Below, one piece after another: positions 9,116-18,463 of a stretch of 24,000 nucleotides of DNA (the first letter of the stretch is position 1; the number at the start of each line of letters is the position of its first letter). Source of the DNA: Lachnospiraceae bacterium LCP25S3_G4 (GTDB lineage Bacteria; Bacillota; Clostridia; Lachnospirales; Lachnospiraceae); contig JBQKKG010000001.1 of the NCBI GenBank assembly GCA_052116865.1, positions 501,435 to 525,434 on the forward strand, read 5' to 3'. The notes beneath the pieces are model-generated. The model saw only the letters and a program-made list of their open reading frames with translations, was not told where the DNA came from and ran no database searches. Both the position numbers and the translations under genes were made by a program.

Positions 9116-10411
9116 TTAAATACGGATAATTGATTGCTCATATTCATTAATAAAAGCAGTTTTGTACTTATCGGTAATAATAGATTCATATAAATTAGAG
9201 GTAAAAATATCTTGTAAAAGCATTTGTTTTCCGGAATTGCAAAGTGTATCTGTATTTTTAAGCTTTGTCAGAATAGGAAGGCTGCTTTCTTTTTTTAATA
9301 AGTGTAATAATTTACTTGCATCTTTCCGAAAACCCAAAATATGAACATAGTAATGATACTTACTAAAATCTGAAATAGCATACTCCTGATTAGTTATTCC
9401 TAATAAAATGTGTAACAGTGATCGACTTACACGAGAATAGGTGATATCTTTGGTTTTGATTAATTCACAGAATTGTTCAAAATGTAAAAATCGATTCCTG
9501 TGATTTATCATTCGATTGGCAATATCTTCAGACACATCTGCATATGTTGTCAGAGAAGTATTGGTTTCTTGCAGTAGTTTGTATTTTAATAATAATGAAA
9601 AGTCATTGGCGTAAACAGGGTATCGCACTTGGTGGTTATCAAGTAGTAATTCCAGACAGGATTTAGGTACCTGCATTTCTAATTCGCTAAGAATACTTGA
9701 AAAATTAGAGTATTCATAATCAGACTCTGAAAAAGCCATTTTTTGATAAGAATTACCGCTATATGCTAATAAATTGCGAATAGCAGAAGCTGAGCTGAAG
9801 TTTGTCTGTAATTCGGTATCGTGATAGTTAGAACCTTGACGTTTGATTGTAAAAGGGACAATATGGCTATTCAATCGATAGAGTGCTTTTAAATATTCAA
9901 TACCTAAGATGTTATTGGGACTGTCAATTACTGTAGCAAGTTGAAGTCCTTGGTTAGAAGTGTATGTTAGTAATGCCGCATGCCTTGCAGAAGGAAAGGA
10001 CATCCCTTGTTTTAAATTTTGGTGAAGTGCTTCTCGATATTCTTTTGGTTCCGATTGAAGGATCCACGCAATATCAGAGAGGGACTTAAGATCTCCACAT
10101 TCACTTCCAAAACACAGACTATCTACACAACCTAATTGATGGAGTAAACCAACGGCACCCATTGCAAATATTTCTGCGCTTGCAGTAGCATACCTTACTG
10201 GTAATTCTATTACAATGGAGGCGCCCGAACGAAGGGCCATTTCCGTACGAATATGTTTTGGCATAATTGCCGGTGTCCCACGCTGTACATAGTTACCACT
10301 CATAACAACAATTACATTGTCAGCTTGCGTTATTTCTTTTGCCTTTTGTATATGATAAAGATGGCCATTGTGAAATGGATTGTATTCCGTAATTAACCCG
10401 ACTGTTTTCAT
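9116..10411 (-). CDS. tmcAL: tRNA(Met) cytidine acetate ligase / UPF0348 nucleotidyltransferase (YlbM-like)
   Basis: N-terminus MKTVGLITEYNPFHNGHLYHIQKAK carries the HxGH nucleotidyltransferase motif. Length (431 aa) and overall pattern are as in B. subtilis YlbM/TmcAL. AAGGAG lies 6 nt upstream of the ATG on the minus strand. Confidence 0.8.
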   Translation of the reverse strand: MKTVGLITEYNPFHNGHLYHIQKAKEITQADNVIVVMSGNYVQRGTPAIMPKHIRTEMALRSGASIVIELPVRYATASAEIFAMGAVGLLHQLGCVDSLCFGSECGDLKSLSDIAWILQSEPKEYREALHQNLKQGMSFPSARHAALLTYTSNQGLQLATVIDSPNNILGIEYLKALYRLNSHIVPFTIKRQGSNYHDTELQTNFSSASAIRNLLAYSGNSYQKMAFSESDYEYSNFSSILSELEMQVPKSCLELLLDNHQVRYPVYANDFSLLLKYKLLQETNTSLTTYADVSEDIANRMINHRNRFLHFEQFCELIKTKDITYSRVSRSLLHILLGITNQEYAISDFSKYHYYVHILGFRKDASKLLHLLKKESSLPILTKLKNTDTLCNSGKQMLLQDIFTSNLYESIITDKYKTAFINEYEQSIIRI

Positions 10412-10491
10412 TGCATGCTCCTTTACATAGTAGTAGATAGTATTAAATTAATTATACAATAAATTTCCTGTAAATAATACCTAAAAATAAA

Positions 10492-10521
10492 TTGACAAGA
10501 TTATAGGATATGGTTTAAACT
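10492..10521 (+). promoter_or_regulatory. Candidate promoter for the M-box leader / mgtE operon
   Basis: TTGACA (10492-10497), 18-nt spacer, TAAACT (10516-10521). It lies ~25 nt upstream of the riboswitch. Confidence 0.45.
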
Positions 10522-10547
10522 TAATTATAAACAAAACTGAATAAATC

Positions 10548-10716
10548 CGGTAGGTAAGGTTACCACAGGGATATGGGTTGCTGCCGCGAAGTAGTGGAGA
10601 CACTATGAGAAGGTTAGCAAATTATGTCGAATACAAGGCATAATTTAATGCAATTACAAGATGTCGCTCAGATATCGCGCCCTGCGAAACTAAAGCTTGA
10701 ACGGTGGCTTAGTCAA
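10548..10716 (+). promoter_or_regulatory. M-box (ykoK leader) Mg2+-sensing riboswitch aptamer
   Basis: Conserved M-box core strings appear in the expected order: GGTAGGTAAGG, TGCTGCCGCGAAG, GGAGACACTATG, CGAATACAAGG, TTTAATGCA, GAAACTAAAGCTTGAACGG. These closely resemble the B. subtilis mgtE (ykoK) leader as I recall it. The element sits directly upstream of mgtE. Boundaries are approximate. Confidence 0.8.
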
Positions 10717-10749
10717 TGCAATTGTGCTATTGATTAGTATGTATGTAGT

Positions 10750-10786
10750 TACACGTCATCGTTATAGGTGCCGTGTATTTTTTTGT
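10750..10786 (+). terminator. Riboswitch expression-platform terminator
   Basis: ACACGTCATC (10751-10760) pairs with GGTGCCGTGT (10767-10776) with two mismatches, followed by ATTTTTTT. It lies between the aptamer and the mgtE start. Confidence 0.6.
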
Positions 10787-10871
10787 GTAATTTGTTTATA
10801 ATCCATCTGATGGCGTTTGTAAAGAATATACGTATTGATGGTAATAAAAGTTCAAGATAGGAGGGTACATT

Positions 10872-12206
10872 ATGAATGAAGAAATAATACGAACATTATT
10901 AGTACAACGTAGATATAAGGAATTAAAAACTGAGTTAGAAAAGATGTACCCTGTTGATATAGCAGAGAGTCTGCGTGAATTTGATGATAAAGAGTCCATT
11001 ATTATATTCCGTCTACTGATAAAGGATGATGCAGCAGATGTATTTACTTATCTTGATAGTGATAGGCGTGAAATACTAATTAATGCCCTAACAGACTCTG
11101 AAATCAAAGAAGTAATGGATGAAATGTATCTAGATGATACGGTAGATGTATTAGAGGAAATGCCAGCAAATGTAGTAGACAGATTGTTAGAAGCTACAGA
11201 TGATGATACTAGACGACAAATTAATATTTTCTTAAAATACCCCGAACGTAGTGCTGGAAGTATTATGACAGTAGAGTATGCTGGACTTAATAAAGAGATG
11301 ACAGTTGCAGATGCAATATTAAAAATACGGCAAGTTGGTATTACCAAAGAAACTATTTATACACTATATGTAACAGAAAAACGTAGACTTATCGGATATG
11401 TAACAATGAAGGATCTACTAACTAGTAGCGATAGTAGGACCATTGAAGATATTATGGATAGCAATATTATCTATGCAGAAACACTTGATGACCAAGAGGA
11501 TGTATCTAAGTTAATTAAAAAATATGGCTTAATTGCAATTCCTATTGTGGATAAAGAAATGTGTATGGTAGGAATCGTAACGGTTGATGATGCAATGTTG
11601 ATACTACAAGGTGAGTCAACAGAAGATATTACTCGAATGGCAGCGGTTAGTCCTAGTGAAGAGTCATACTTTGGTACATCTGTGTGGGGGCATGCAAAAA
11701 ATAGAAGCGCATGGTTAATTATTCTGATGTTATCAGCTACAATAACAGGTAGCATCATCAATGGCTATGAGGATGCGATGTCAGTGATGCCAATATTGGT
11801 TTCATTTATTACTATGATTATGGGTACAGGAGGGAATTGTGGTTCCCAGAGTGCAACATTAATGATTCGAGGATTAGCAATTGACGAAATTCAGTTTCAG
11901 GATATTTTTCGTGTTATTTTTAAAGAATTTCAAGTTGCCATAGTGGTAGGAGTATTATTATCGGTGGCGAATGGATTGCGCATATATATTATGTATCAAA
12001 ATCTAACGTTATCTGTTGCTGTTGGTTTATCTTTAATGGCAACGATTTTGTTAGCAAAAATGGTGGGATGCACATTACCCCTCATCGCAGAAAAATTACA
12101 TCTAGATCCTGCAATTATGGCAGCACCACTGATTACTACAATTGTGGATGCTGGTGCAATTATGATATATTTTGCAATTGTAACTCGATTTTTTCATTTG
12201 AACTGA
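10872..12206 (+). CDS. mgtE: Magnesium transporter MgtE (copy 1)
   Basis: Has the MgtE N-domain, two CBS domains and a C-terminal TM domain with GGNCGSQ and PLITTIVD motifs. AGGAGG lies 7-8 nt upstream of the ATG. Confidence 0.92.
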   Translation: MNEEIIRTLLVQRRYKELKTELEKMYPVDIAESLREFDDKESIIIFRLLIKDDAADVFTYLDSDRREILINALTDSEIKEVMDEMYLDDTVDVLEEMPANVVDRLLEATDDDTRRQINIFLKYPERSAGSIMTVEYAGLNKEMTVADAILKIRQVGITKETIYTLYVTEKRRLIGYVTMKDLLTSSDSRTIEDIMDSNIIYAETLDDQEDVSKLIKKYGLIAIPIVDKEMCMVGIVTVDDAMLILQGESTEDITRMAAVSPSEESYFGTSVWGHAKNRSAWLIILMLSATITGSIINGYEDAMSVMPILVSFITMIMGTGGNCGSQSATLMIRGLAIDEIQFQDIFRVIFKEFQVAIVVGVLLSVANGLRIYIMYQNLTLSVAVGLSLMATILLAKMVGCTLPLIAEKLHLDPAIMAAPLITTIVDAGAIMIYFAIVTRFFHLN

Positions 12207-12225
12207 TTTCGAAAGGAGGATGCAT

Positions 12226-13557
12226 ATGACAGAGGAATATATTTTAGAATTATTAGGTACACGACAATATAAACAGTTAAAAATCGGTCTAGAGTCTATG
12301 TATCCCATAGATATAGCAGAGTGTTTGGAAGATTTTGCAGAAAAGCAATTGATTATAGTGTTTAGACTCTTAGGTAAAGAAGAAGCCGCTGAAACATTCA
12401 CTTATATGAATAGCGATATGAGGCAAGTACTCATCAACGCACTAACAGATTCTGAAATACAAGAAGTAATGGAGGAAATGTATTTAGATGATGCGGTCGA
12501 TATGTTAGAGGAAATGCCTGCAAATGTTGTAGATCGATTGTTAGAATCGACAGACGAAAATACAAGAAGACAGATTAATGAGCTATTAGAATATCCAGAA
12601 GATAGTGCGGGCAGCATTATGACTGTAGAATATATAGGATTACGAAAGGACATGACAGTAGCGGACGCGATTCTAAAAATTCGTCATATAGGTATTAATA
12701 AAGAAACTATTTATACTTGCTATGTTACAGAAAAAAGAAAATTACTAGGTTGTGTAAACGTGAAAGATCTGATGGCAAGCAGTGATAGTAAAACAATGGA
12801 AGACATAATGGATACTAATATTATATATGCACAAACTCACGATGATCAAGAAGATGTAGTAAAACAGATACGAAAATATGGATTAATGGCAATGCCCGTT
12901 GTAGATAGGGAACGGTGTATGGTGGGCATTGTAACGGTTGATGATGCTATGGATGTCTTACAAGAGGAAACAACAGAAGATATGAATATTATGGCCGCAA
13001 TGAGCCCGAGTGAAGAGTCTTATTTTGGAACATCTGTATGGGGTCACGCCAAGAATCGAAGCTTATGGCTATTAATCTTAATGTTTTCTTCTACAATTAC
13101 AGGACTCATTATTATGAGATATGAAAAGGCATTAGTAACAATGCCATTACTTGTATCATTTATTCCAATGTTATCAGATACTGGTGGGAATTGTGGCTCC
13201 CAAAGTTCTACATTGATTATTCGAGGACTCGCAGTAGATGAGATTCAATTTAAGGATATCTTTAAAATTATTTTTAAAGAGTTTCGTGTTGCAATTTTAG
13301 TGGGCGCTTTTTTGTCCATCATAAATGGAATCAGGATATTATTGATGTATCAGGATTTAATTTTAGCTGTAGTAATTGGATTAACCTTAATATGTACAAT
13401 AGTTTTATCAAAAATGATAGGATGCATGCTTCCTTTATTTGCAAAGAGATTAAATATGGATCCCGCGATTATGGCTGCACCATTGATCACCACCATTGTA
13501 GACACCTGTTCTATTGTCATATATTTTTCTATAGTAACTAGAATCTTTAATCTATAG
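12226..13557 (+). CDS. mgtE: Magnesium transporter MgtE (copy 2, tandem paralogue)
   Basis: Same architecture and collinear with copy 1 over its full length. GGAGG (12215-12219) favours ATG 12226 over the 12220 start in the ORF track. No terminator lies in the short gap after copy 1. Confidence 0.92.
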   Translation: MTEEYILELLGTRQYKQLKIGLESMYPIDIAECLEDFAEKQLIIVFRLLGKEEAAETFTYMNSDMRQVLINALTDSEIQEVMEEMYLDDAVDMLEEMPANVVDRLLESTDENTRRQINELLEYPEDSAGSIMTVEYIGLRKDMTVADAILKIRHIGINKETIYTCYVTEKRKLLGCVNVKDLMASSDSKTMEDIMDTNIIYAQTHDDQEDVVKQIRKYGLMAMPVVDRERCMVGIVTVDDAMDVLQEETTEDMNIMAAMSPSEESYFGTSVWGHAKNRSLWLLILMFSSTITGLIIMRYEKALVTMPLLVSFIPMLSDTGGNCGSQSSTLIIRGLAVDEIQFKDIFKIIFKEFRVAILVGAFLSIINGIRILLMYQDLILAVVIGLTLICTIVLSKMIGCMLPLFAKRLNMDPAIMAAPLITTIVDTCSIVIYFSIVTRIFNL

Positions 13558-13588
13558 ATATTGTACTTAAAAAGAGACATAAATTGGG

Positions 13589-13617
13589 TTGTATACAATA
13601 TATGTTTGGGGTATAAT
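13589..13617 (+). promoter_or_regulatory. Candidate sigma-A promoter for pta-ackA
   Basis: TTGTAT (13589-13594), 17-nt spacer, TATAAT (13612-13617). Confidence 0.55.
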
Positions 13618-13656
13618 AAATATAACTGAGAATAAATGGAAAGGAGTCTTTAAATC

Positions 13657-14649
13657 ATGGGATTTATAGATGAAATTAAAGTAAGAGCAAAGGCAGACAA
13701 GAAAGTAATCGTATTGCCAGAAACAGAAGACAAGAGGACATATGCAGCAGCTGAGCAGATTTTAAAAGAAGGTTTGGCTGACTTGATTCTTGTTGGAAGT
13801 CAAAAGGAAGTCGATACGGTGGGAGCTGGATTTCATATTGAAGGAGCAAAAATTGTGGATCCGGCTACACATTCAAAAACTGCTGAATATATCAATATGC
13901 TTGTAGAATTGAGAAAAGCTAAAGGCATGACTGAGGAACAGGCAACAGAATTATTAATGAAGAATTATTTATATTATGGAGTTATGATGGTAAAGGCAGG
14001 CGATGCTGATGGAATGGTTTCAGGTGCCTGTCATTCTACTGCTGATACATTAAGACCATGTTTACAAATATTAAAGACAAAACCAGGTACAAAATTAGTA
14101 TCTGCATTTTTTGTGATGTCCGTACCAGATTGTACTTATGGCGAACAAGGGACTTTTATATTTGCTGATAGTGGATTGGAACAAAATCCAGATGTTGAAA
14201 AACTTGCTGCAATTGCCGGATCTTCGGCAGAGTCATTTGAATTACTTGTGCAAAAACCTGCAAAGGTTGCAATGCTTTCACATTCTACAATGGGAAGTGC
14301 AAAACATGCAGACGTAGATAAAGTAGTGGCAGCAACTGCACTAGCAAAAGAATTATATCCAAATATTCAGTTGGATGGGGAAATGCAGCTAGATGCAGCC
14401 ATTGTTCCTGAAATTGGAGAATCCAAAGCTCCAAACAGCAAAGTAGCAGGACATGCAAATGTATTAGTATTTCCTGATTTAGATGCAGGAAATATTGGCT
14501 ATAAATTAGTGCAAAGACTTGCAAAGGCAGAGGCATATGGGCCAATTACTCAAGGAATTGCAAAACCAGTTAATGATTTGTCTCGTGGGTGTAGTGCAGA
14601 AGATATTGTGGGTGTTGTAGCAATTACAGCAGTACAATGCCAAAAGTAA
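13657..14649 (+). CDS. pta: Phosphate acetyltransferase
   Basis: 330-aa short-form Pta (VLPETEDKRTYAAAE..., SGACHSTADTLRP, AGNIGYKLVQR), adjacent to ackA. Confidence 0.93.
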   Translation: MGFIDEIKVRAKADKKVIVLPETEDKRTYAAAEQILKEGLADLILVGSQKEVDTVGAGFHIEGAKIVDPATHSKTAEYINMLVELRKAKGMTEEQATELLMKNYLYYGVMMVKAGDADGMVSGACHSTADTLRPCLQILKTKPGTKLVSAFFVMSVPDCTYGEQGTFIFADSGLEQNPDVEKLAAIAGSSAESFELLVQKPAKVAMLSHSTMGSAKHADVDKVVAATALAKELYPNIQLDGEMQLDAAIVPEIGESKAPNSKVAGHANVLVFPDLDAGNIGYKLVQRLAKAEAYGPITQGIAKPVNDLSRGCSAEDIVGVVAITAVQCQK

Positions 14650-14671
14650 ATAAACATACGGAGGATATGAA

Positions 14672-15862
14672 ATGAACGTTTTAGTAATAAATTGTGGGAG
14701 CTCTTCTTTAAAATTTCAATTAATTAACTCTGATTCTGAGTCAGTATTGGCAAAAGGATTATGTGAAAGAATAGGTATAGATGGTGAATTAACTTATCAA
14801 CCAGCTGGTAAAGATAAAATGAAGTCTGCAAAGGCAATGCCAACGCATACACAAGCTATTCAATATGTAATTAATGCGTTAACGGATGTTGAAACCGGAG
14901 TTGTAAAAAGTTTAAGTGAAATAGATGCTGTAGGACACCGTGTTGTTCATGGTGGAGAAAAGTTTGCTACATCTATTGTCATTACAGATGAAGTATTAGC
15001 TGCTATTGAAGAATGCAATGACTTAGCACCACTACACAATCCGGCAAATATTATTGGAATCAATGCATGTAAAGAATTAATGCCTAATACACCAATGGTA
15101 GCAGTTTTTGATACAGCATTTCATCAAACAATGCCAAAAGAGGCTTTCATGTATGGACTCCCATATGAATATTATGATAAATATGCAGTGAGAAGATACG
15201 GTTTTCATGGTACAAGCCATAGTTTTGTCTCAAAACGTGTTGCAGAAATAGTAGGGCAATCCTATAATGCTACAAAAACAATTGTTTGCCATTTAGGAAA
15301 TGGGTCAAGTATCTGTGCAGTTATGAATGGAAAATCTGTTGACACCTCTATGGGACTAACACCATTAGAAGGATTAGTAATGGGCACTCGTTCTGGTGAT
15401 CTTGATCCGGCTATTTTGGAGTATATTGCTAAGAAAGAAGGCCTTGATGTAGAAGGCGTGTTAAAAGTTTTGAATAAAAAATCAGGTGTATTTGGACTTT
15501 CTGGTGGATTATCAAGTGATTTTAGAGACCTTTCAGACGCAAGTGATAATGGAAATGAGAAAGCAAAATTAGCTCTTGATGTATTTGCTTATCGTGTTGC
15601 AAAATATGTAGGCAGCTATGTTGCCGCAATGAATGGTGTTGATAATATTGTTTTTACCGCAGGAATTGGTGAAAATGACTGTCCGATGCGTGAAGCAATT
15701 TGCAACTATCTTGGTTATTTAGGAATTACGATTGATCAAGAGGCAAATAGTAAGAGAGGCGAAGAAGTTACAATTTCTACTCCAGATTCAAAAGTGAAAG
15801 TACTTGTTGTACCAACGAATGAAGAACTAGCAATTGCACGTGAGACTGTATCACTAGTGTAA
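14672..15862 (+). CDS. ackA: Acetate kinase
   Basis: [17 protein letters not shown] start, [14 protein letters not shown] and EELAIARET motifs. Confidence 0.95.
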   Translation: MNVLVINCGSSSLKFQLINSDSESVLAKGLCERIGIDGELTYQPAGKDKMKSAKAMPTHTQAIQYVINALTDVETGVVKSLSEIDAVGHRVVHGGEKFATSIVITDEVLAAIEECNDLAPLHNPANIIGINACKELMPNTPMVAVFDTAFHQTMPKEAFMYGLPYEYYDKYAVRRYGFHGTSHSFVSKRVAEIVGQSYNATKTIVCHLGNGSSICAVMNGKSVDTSMGLTPLEGLVMGTRSGDLDPAILEYIAKKEGLDVEGVLKVLNKKSGVFGLSGGLSSDFRDLSDASDNGNEKAKLALDVFAYRVAKYVGSYVAAMNGVDNIVFTAGIGENDCPMREAICNYLGYLGITIDQEANSKRGEEVTISTPDSKVKVLVVPTNEELAIARETVSLV

Positions 15863-15919
15863 ATAGAATCATAGATTATATGAATTGGGACATATAGTAT
15901 CTTTTCTTGCATAAATTTG

Positions 15920-15947
15920 TTGACAAAACAATTTTACATGATATAAT
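15920..15947 (+). promoter_or_regulatory. Candidate promoter for yceD-rpmF
   Basis: TTGACA (15920-15925), 16-nt spacer that includes an extended -10 TG, TATAAT (15942-15947). Confidence 0.6.
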
Positions 15948-15975
15948 AGTTTAGGTATGAATAGGAGCAATAACA

Positions 15976-16500
15976 ATGATAATTAACCTATCCGACGTAT
16001 TATCAGCGAATGACAAAACAGTAGAAAAAACTGCAGTAATTGATATGAACAAATTTCATTCTAAGGTTGGAGTGTTTCCAATTACGTATAAGGAACCTGT
16101 ATATCTTGTAATTACACATGTAAAAGATAGACAACTTCTTATAAAGGGACACACTAATTTAGAGATTGCGATTCCATGTGATCGATGTTTAAAAGATGTC
16201 ACTAAGAAATTTGTAATTGAGTTTTATAATGAAGTTGATTTGCATGAGTCAGAAGTAGATAATAAAGAATTAGAAGAAAAGAATTATATTGACGGATATA
16301 ATCTTGACGTAGACAAATTACTCTATAATGAGATTTTGATAGGATGGCCGATGAAAATTCTATGTTGTAAAGACTGTAAAGGAATTTGCAATGTATGTGG
16401 TCAAAACCTAAATGAGGGAACTTGTGAATGTGAAGATGCAAGTCTTGACCCTAGAATGTCAGTTATCCGCGATGTGTTTAAGAATTTTAAGGAGGTGTAA
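15976..16500 (+). CDS. yceD: YceD/DUF177 family protein (large ribosomal RNA subunit accumulation protein)
   Basis: 174 aa with Cys motifs CDRC...CKDCKGICNVCGQNLN typical of DUF177, immediately upstream of rpmF, which is a conserved pairing. Confidence 0.85.
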   Translation: MIINLSDVLSANDKTVEKTAVIDMNKFHSKVGVFPITYKEPVYLVITHVKDRQLLIKGHTNLEIAIPCDRCLKDVTKKFVIEFYNEVDLHESEVDNKELEEKNYIDGYNLDVDKLLYNEILIGWPMKILCCKDCKGICNVCGQNLNEGTCECEDASLDPRMSVIRDVFKNFKEV

Positions 16501-16503
16501 CCT

Positions 16504-16683
16504 ATGTCAATTTGTCCAAAGAATAAATCTTCTAAAGGTAGAAGAGATAAAAGAAGAGCTAACTGGAAAATGAGCGCTCCAAATCTTGTTAAATGTAGCA
16601 AATGTGGAGAATTAATGATGCCTCATAGAGTATGTAAAGCTTGTGGATCATACAACAAAAAAGAAATTGTTTCAGTTGACTAA
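16504..16683 (+). CDS. rpmF: 50S ribosomal protein L32
   Basis: Not in the ORF track (59 aa). Read by hand as MSICPKNKSSKGRRDKRRANWKMSAPNLVKCSKCGELMMPHRVCKACGSYNKKEIVSVD*. It has the L32 zinc-ribbon CxxC...CxxC. The start lies 3 nt after the yceD stop. Confidence 0.93.
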   Translation: MSICPKNKSSKGRRDKRRANWKMSAPNLVKCSKCGELMMPHRVCKACGSYNKKEIVSVD

Positions 16684-16690
16684 TGTTAAA

Positions 16691-16730
16691 AACGAGGATT
16701 TCCAATTACTTTGGAGGTCCTTGTTTTTTG
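16691..16730 (+). terminator. Intrinsic terminator after rpmF
   Basis: A 14-bp stem joins 16691-16704 to 16712-25 (three G-U pairs) around a 7-nt loop, followed by a T-run. Confidence 0.7.
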
Positions 16731-16816
16731 GGAAAATTTTAATATATCTAGTAAACAATTTATTTCTTTTATTGTGTTAAGAAAGTGCTAAGAATATACT
16801 AATAACTGTTAATTTA

Positions 16817-16845
16817 TTGACAGTTCCATTTTTAAAAGTTACACT
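16817..16845 (+). promoter_or_regulatory. Near-consensus sigma-A promoter upstream of the NSS transporter
   Basis: TTGACA (16817-16822), exactly 17 nt of spacer, TACACT (16840-16845). Confidence 0.6.
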
Positions 16846-16864
16846 AAAAAAGAGGATTGGTCAT

Positions 16865-16906
16865 AAAAAGGATGCTCTCACATGGGTGAGAGCATCCTTT
16901 TTATTT
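16865..16906 (+). terminator. Perfect intrinsic-terminator hairpin in the transporter leader (attenuator or short-RNA 3' end)
   Basis: AAAAAGGATGCTCTCAC (16865-16881), loop ATGG, GTGAGAGCATCCTTTTT (16886-16902). This is a 17-bp perfect stem. The A-run and T-run flanks make it potentially bidirectional. Confidence 0.75.
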
Positions 16907-16949
16907 CCACTTTTCTGTAAACCTAAAAACAGAAAATAGAGGTGATATT

Positions 16950-18329
16950 ATGAGTAATGAAGAAAAAAAACATGATGCTAATTTTAGCTCTAGATTTGGC
17001 TATATTATGGTAGCCGCTGGGGCAGCAATCGGATTAGGGAACATTTGGAAGTTCCCCTACCTAGCCTATGGAGGGGGCGGTGGGGCATTTGTTATTGTGT
17101 ATATTATTTTGTGTATTGTACTTGGGCATCCGGTTGTTGAAATGGAATCAGCAATGGGGCGCTACGCAAGAACAAATGGTATTGATGCGTTTGGTGTTGT
17201 TAATAAAAAGTGGAAGTTTGCTGGAATTATCAATATTATTTGTACCGTTATGATTGATATGTACTATATCATTGTCAGTGGTTATGTATTAAAATATGCG
17301 GTAACCTACATATTGGGCGGACATTTTGGTGCTGATAAGCAAGCATATTATACGAACTTTATTTCTAAACCTATTGAACCATTAATTTATGCAGGTATCT
17401 TAATGTTAATTACTGCCATTCTTTTGATCGGTGGAATTACACGACTGGTTGAAAAGGTAACAAAAGTAATTATGCCACTCTTATTTGTTCTCTTAATTAT
17501 CTGTGGAGTATGGGCGCTATTTTCCTTTGATGGTGCTATCGCAGGTTTAAAATACTATATCATTCCTGACTTCTCTAAATTCACTTGGAAAGCATTTTCA
17601 GATGCATGTATGCAGGTAATGTTCTCAGTTGGTATCGGCTGGTCTATTTTTGTTACGTTAGGTGCTAGTATGAGTGATGGCGCAAATATCAAAAAAGATT
17701 CTATGATGGTAACAATTTGTGATACAACGGTAGCTCTAACTGCAGGATTTGTAATTATTCCTACTGTTGTAGGTGCAGGTTCAACGATGACGGCAGGACC
17801 ATCTTTGATTTTTCTCGCCATGACAGAAATCTTTGGAAAATTTCCAGGTGGTAATCTGATAGGATTCTTATTCTTTACGGCAGTTATTTTCGCTGTATTA
17901 TCTACCTATTTTACGATTCTTGAAATACCAGTAAAATGTTTAGAAGAAAAATGTCATATTACACATAAAAAGGCAACTATTATCAGTGCTATCATTATAT
18001 TCATAGGGGGTATCTTCTGCTCTCTGAGCCAAGGGACTGGCTTATTGAGTGGAGTTAAACTTCCTTGGTGGGCTTATAATACAGGAGTTGTATATTATAA
18101 TATATATGATTGGATAGATTGTTTCTCTGGTTATATTCTGTTACCGCTTGGATGCCTTTTAACTTCATTTTACTGTTGCAGAGTATGGGGGTATAAAGAA
18201 TATGAAAGAGAATTGACAAAAGATGGGCGTGACGGAAAATTGAGTCTATATAATAAGATAATTATGACAGTCGTTGTTCCTGCTTTAACCATCATTGTTA
18301 TTTTGAATTGTTTTGGTTTTATTCAATAA
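16950..18329 (+). CDS. Sodium-dependent transporter, NSS/SNF family (substrate unknown)
   Basis: Contains the NSS signature GLGNIWKFPYLAYGGGGGAF near the N-terminus. 459 aa with multiple TM segments. GAGGTG lies 6 nt upstream of the ATG. Confidence 0.88.
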   Translation: MSNEEKKHDANFSSRFGYIMVAAGAAIGLGNIWKFPYLAYGGGGGAFVIVYIILCIVLGHPVVEMESAMGRYARTNGIDAFGVVNKKWKFAGIINIICTVMIDMYYIIVSGYVLKYAVTYILGGHFGADKQAYYTNFISKPIEPLIYAGILMLITAILLIGGITRLVEKVTKVIMPLLFVLLIICGVWALFSFDGAIAGLKYYIIPDFSKFTWKAFSDACMQVMFSVGIGWSIFVTLGASMSDGANIKKDSMMVTICDTTVALTAGFVIIPTVVGAGSTMTAGPSLIFLAMTEIFGKFPGGNLIGFLFFTAVIFAVLSTYFTILEIPVKCLEEKCHITHKKATIISAIIIFIGGIFCSLSQGTGLLSGVKLPWWAYNTGVVYYNIYDWIDCFSGYILLPLGCLLTSFYCCRVWGYKEYERELTKDGRDGKLSLYNKIIMTVVVPALTIIVILNCFGFIQ

Positions 18330-18420
18330 TAAGGTAAATCCCAATAAATAGAAAAGAAAGATGATGTCTAATAGGGATTTTATCCAGAAAAATATTTCAG
18401 TATTTATATAGTGATTTATA

Positions 18421-18454
18421 AGACGTAGAAACTTTTGCTTCTGCGTCTTTTTTT
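18421..18454 (+). terminator. Intrinsic terminator after the NSS transporter
   Basis: AGACGTAGAA (18421-18430) pairs with TTCTGCGTCT (18439-18448) with one G-U pair, and runs into a 7-T tract. Confidence 0.8.
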
Positions 18455-18463
18455 CTTGATTTT

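Noticed and set aside
10872-13557. Tandem mgtE genes as a recent duplication, an assembly artefact or a pseudogene pair
   Set aside because: Both reading frames are intact and full length with all motifs. The nucleotide sequences are heavily diverged at synonymous sites, so this is neither a collapsed nor an expanded repeat.
13589-13598. 10-bp perfect palindrome TTGTATACAA upstream of pta as a regulator site
   Set aside because: It is short and AT-rich and overlaps the putative -35 hexamer. It is indistinguishable from chance.
17068-17253. 61-aa + strand ORF in an alternative frame inside the NSS transporter
   Set aside because: It is entirely nested in a well-supported CDS, with no independent translation signals.
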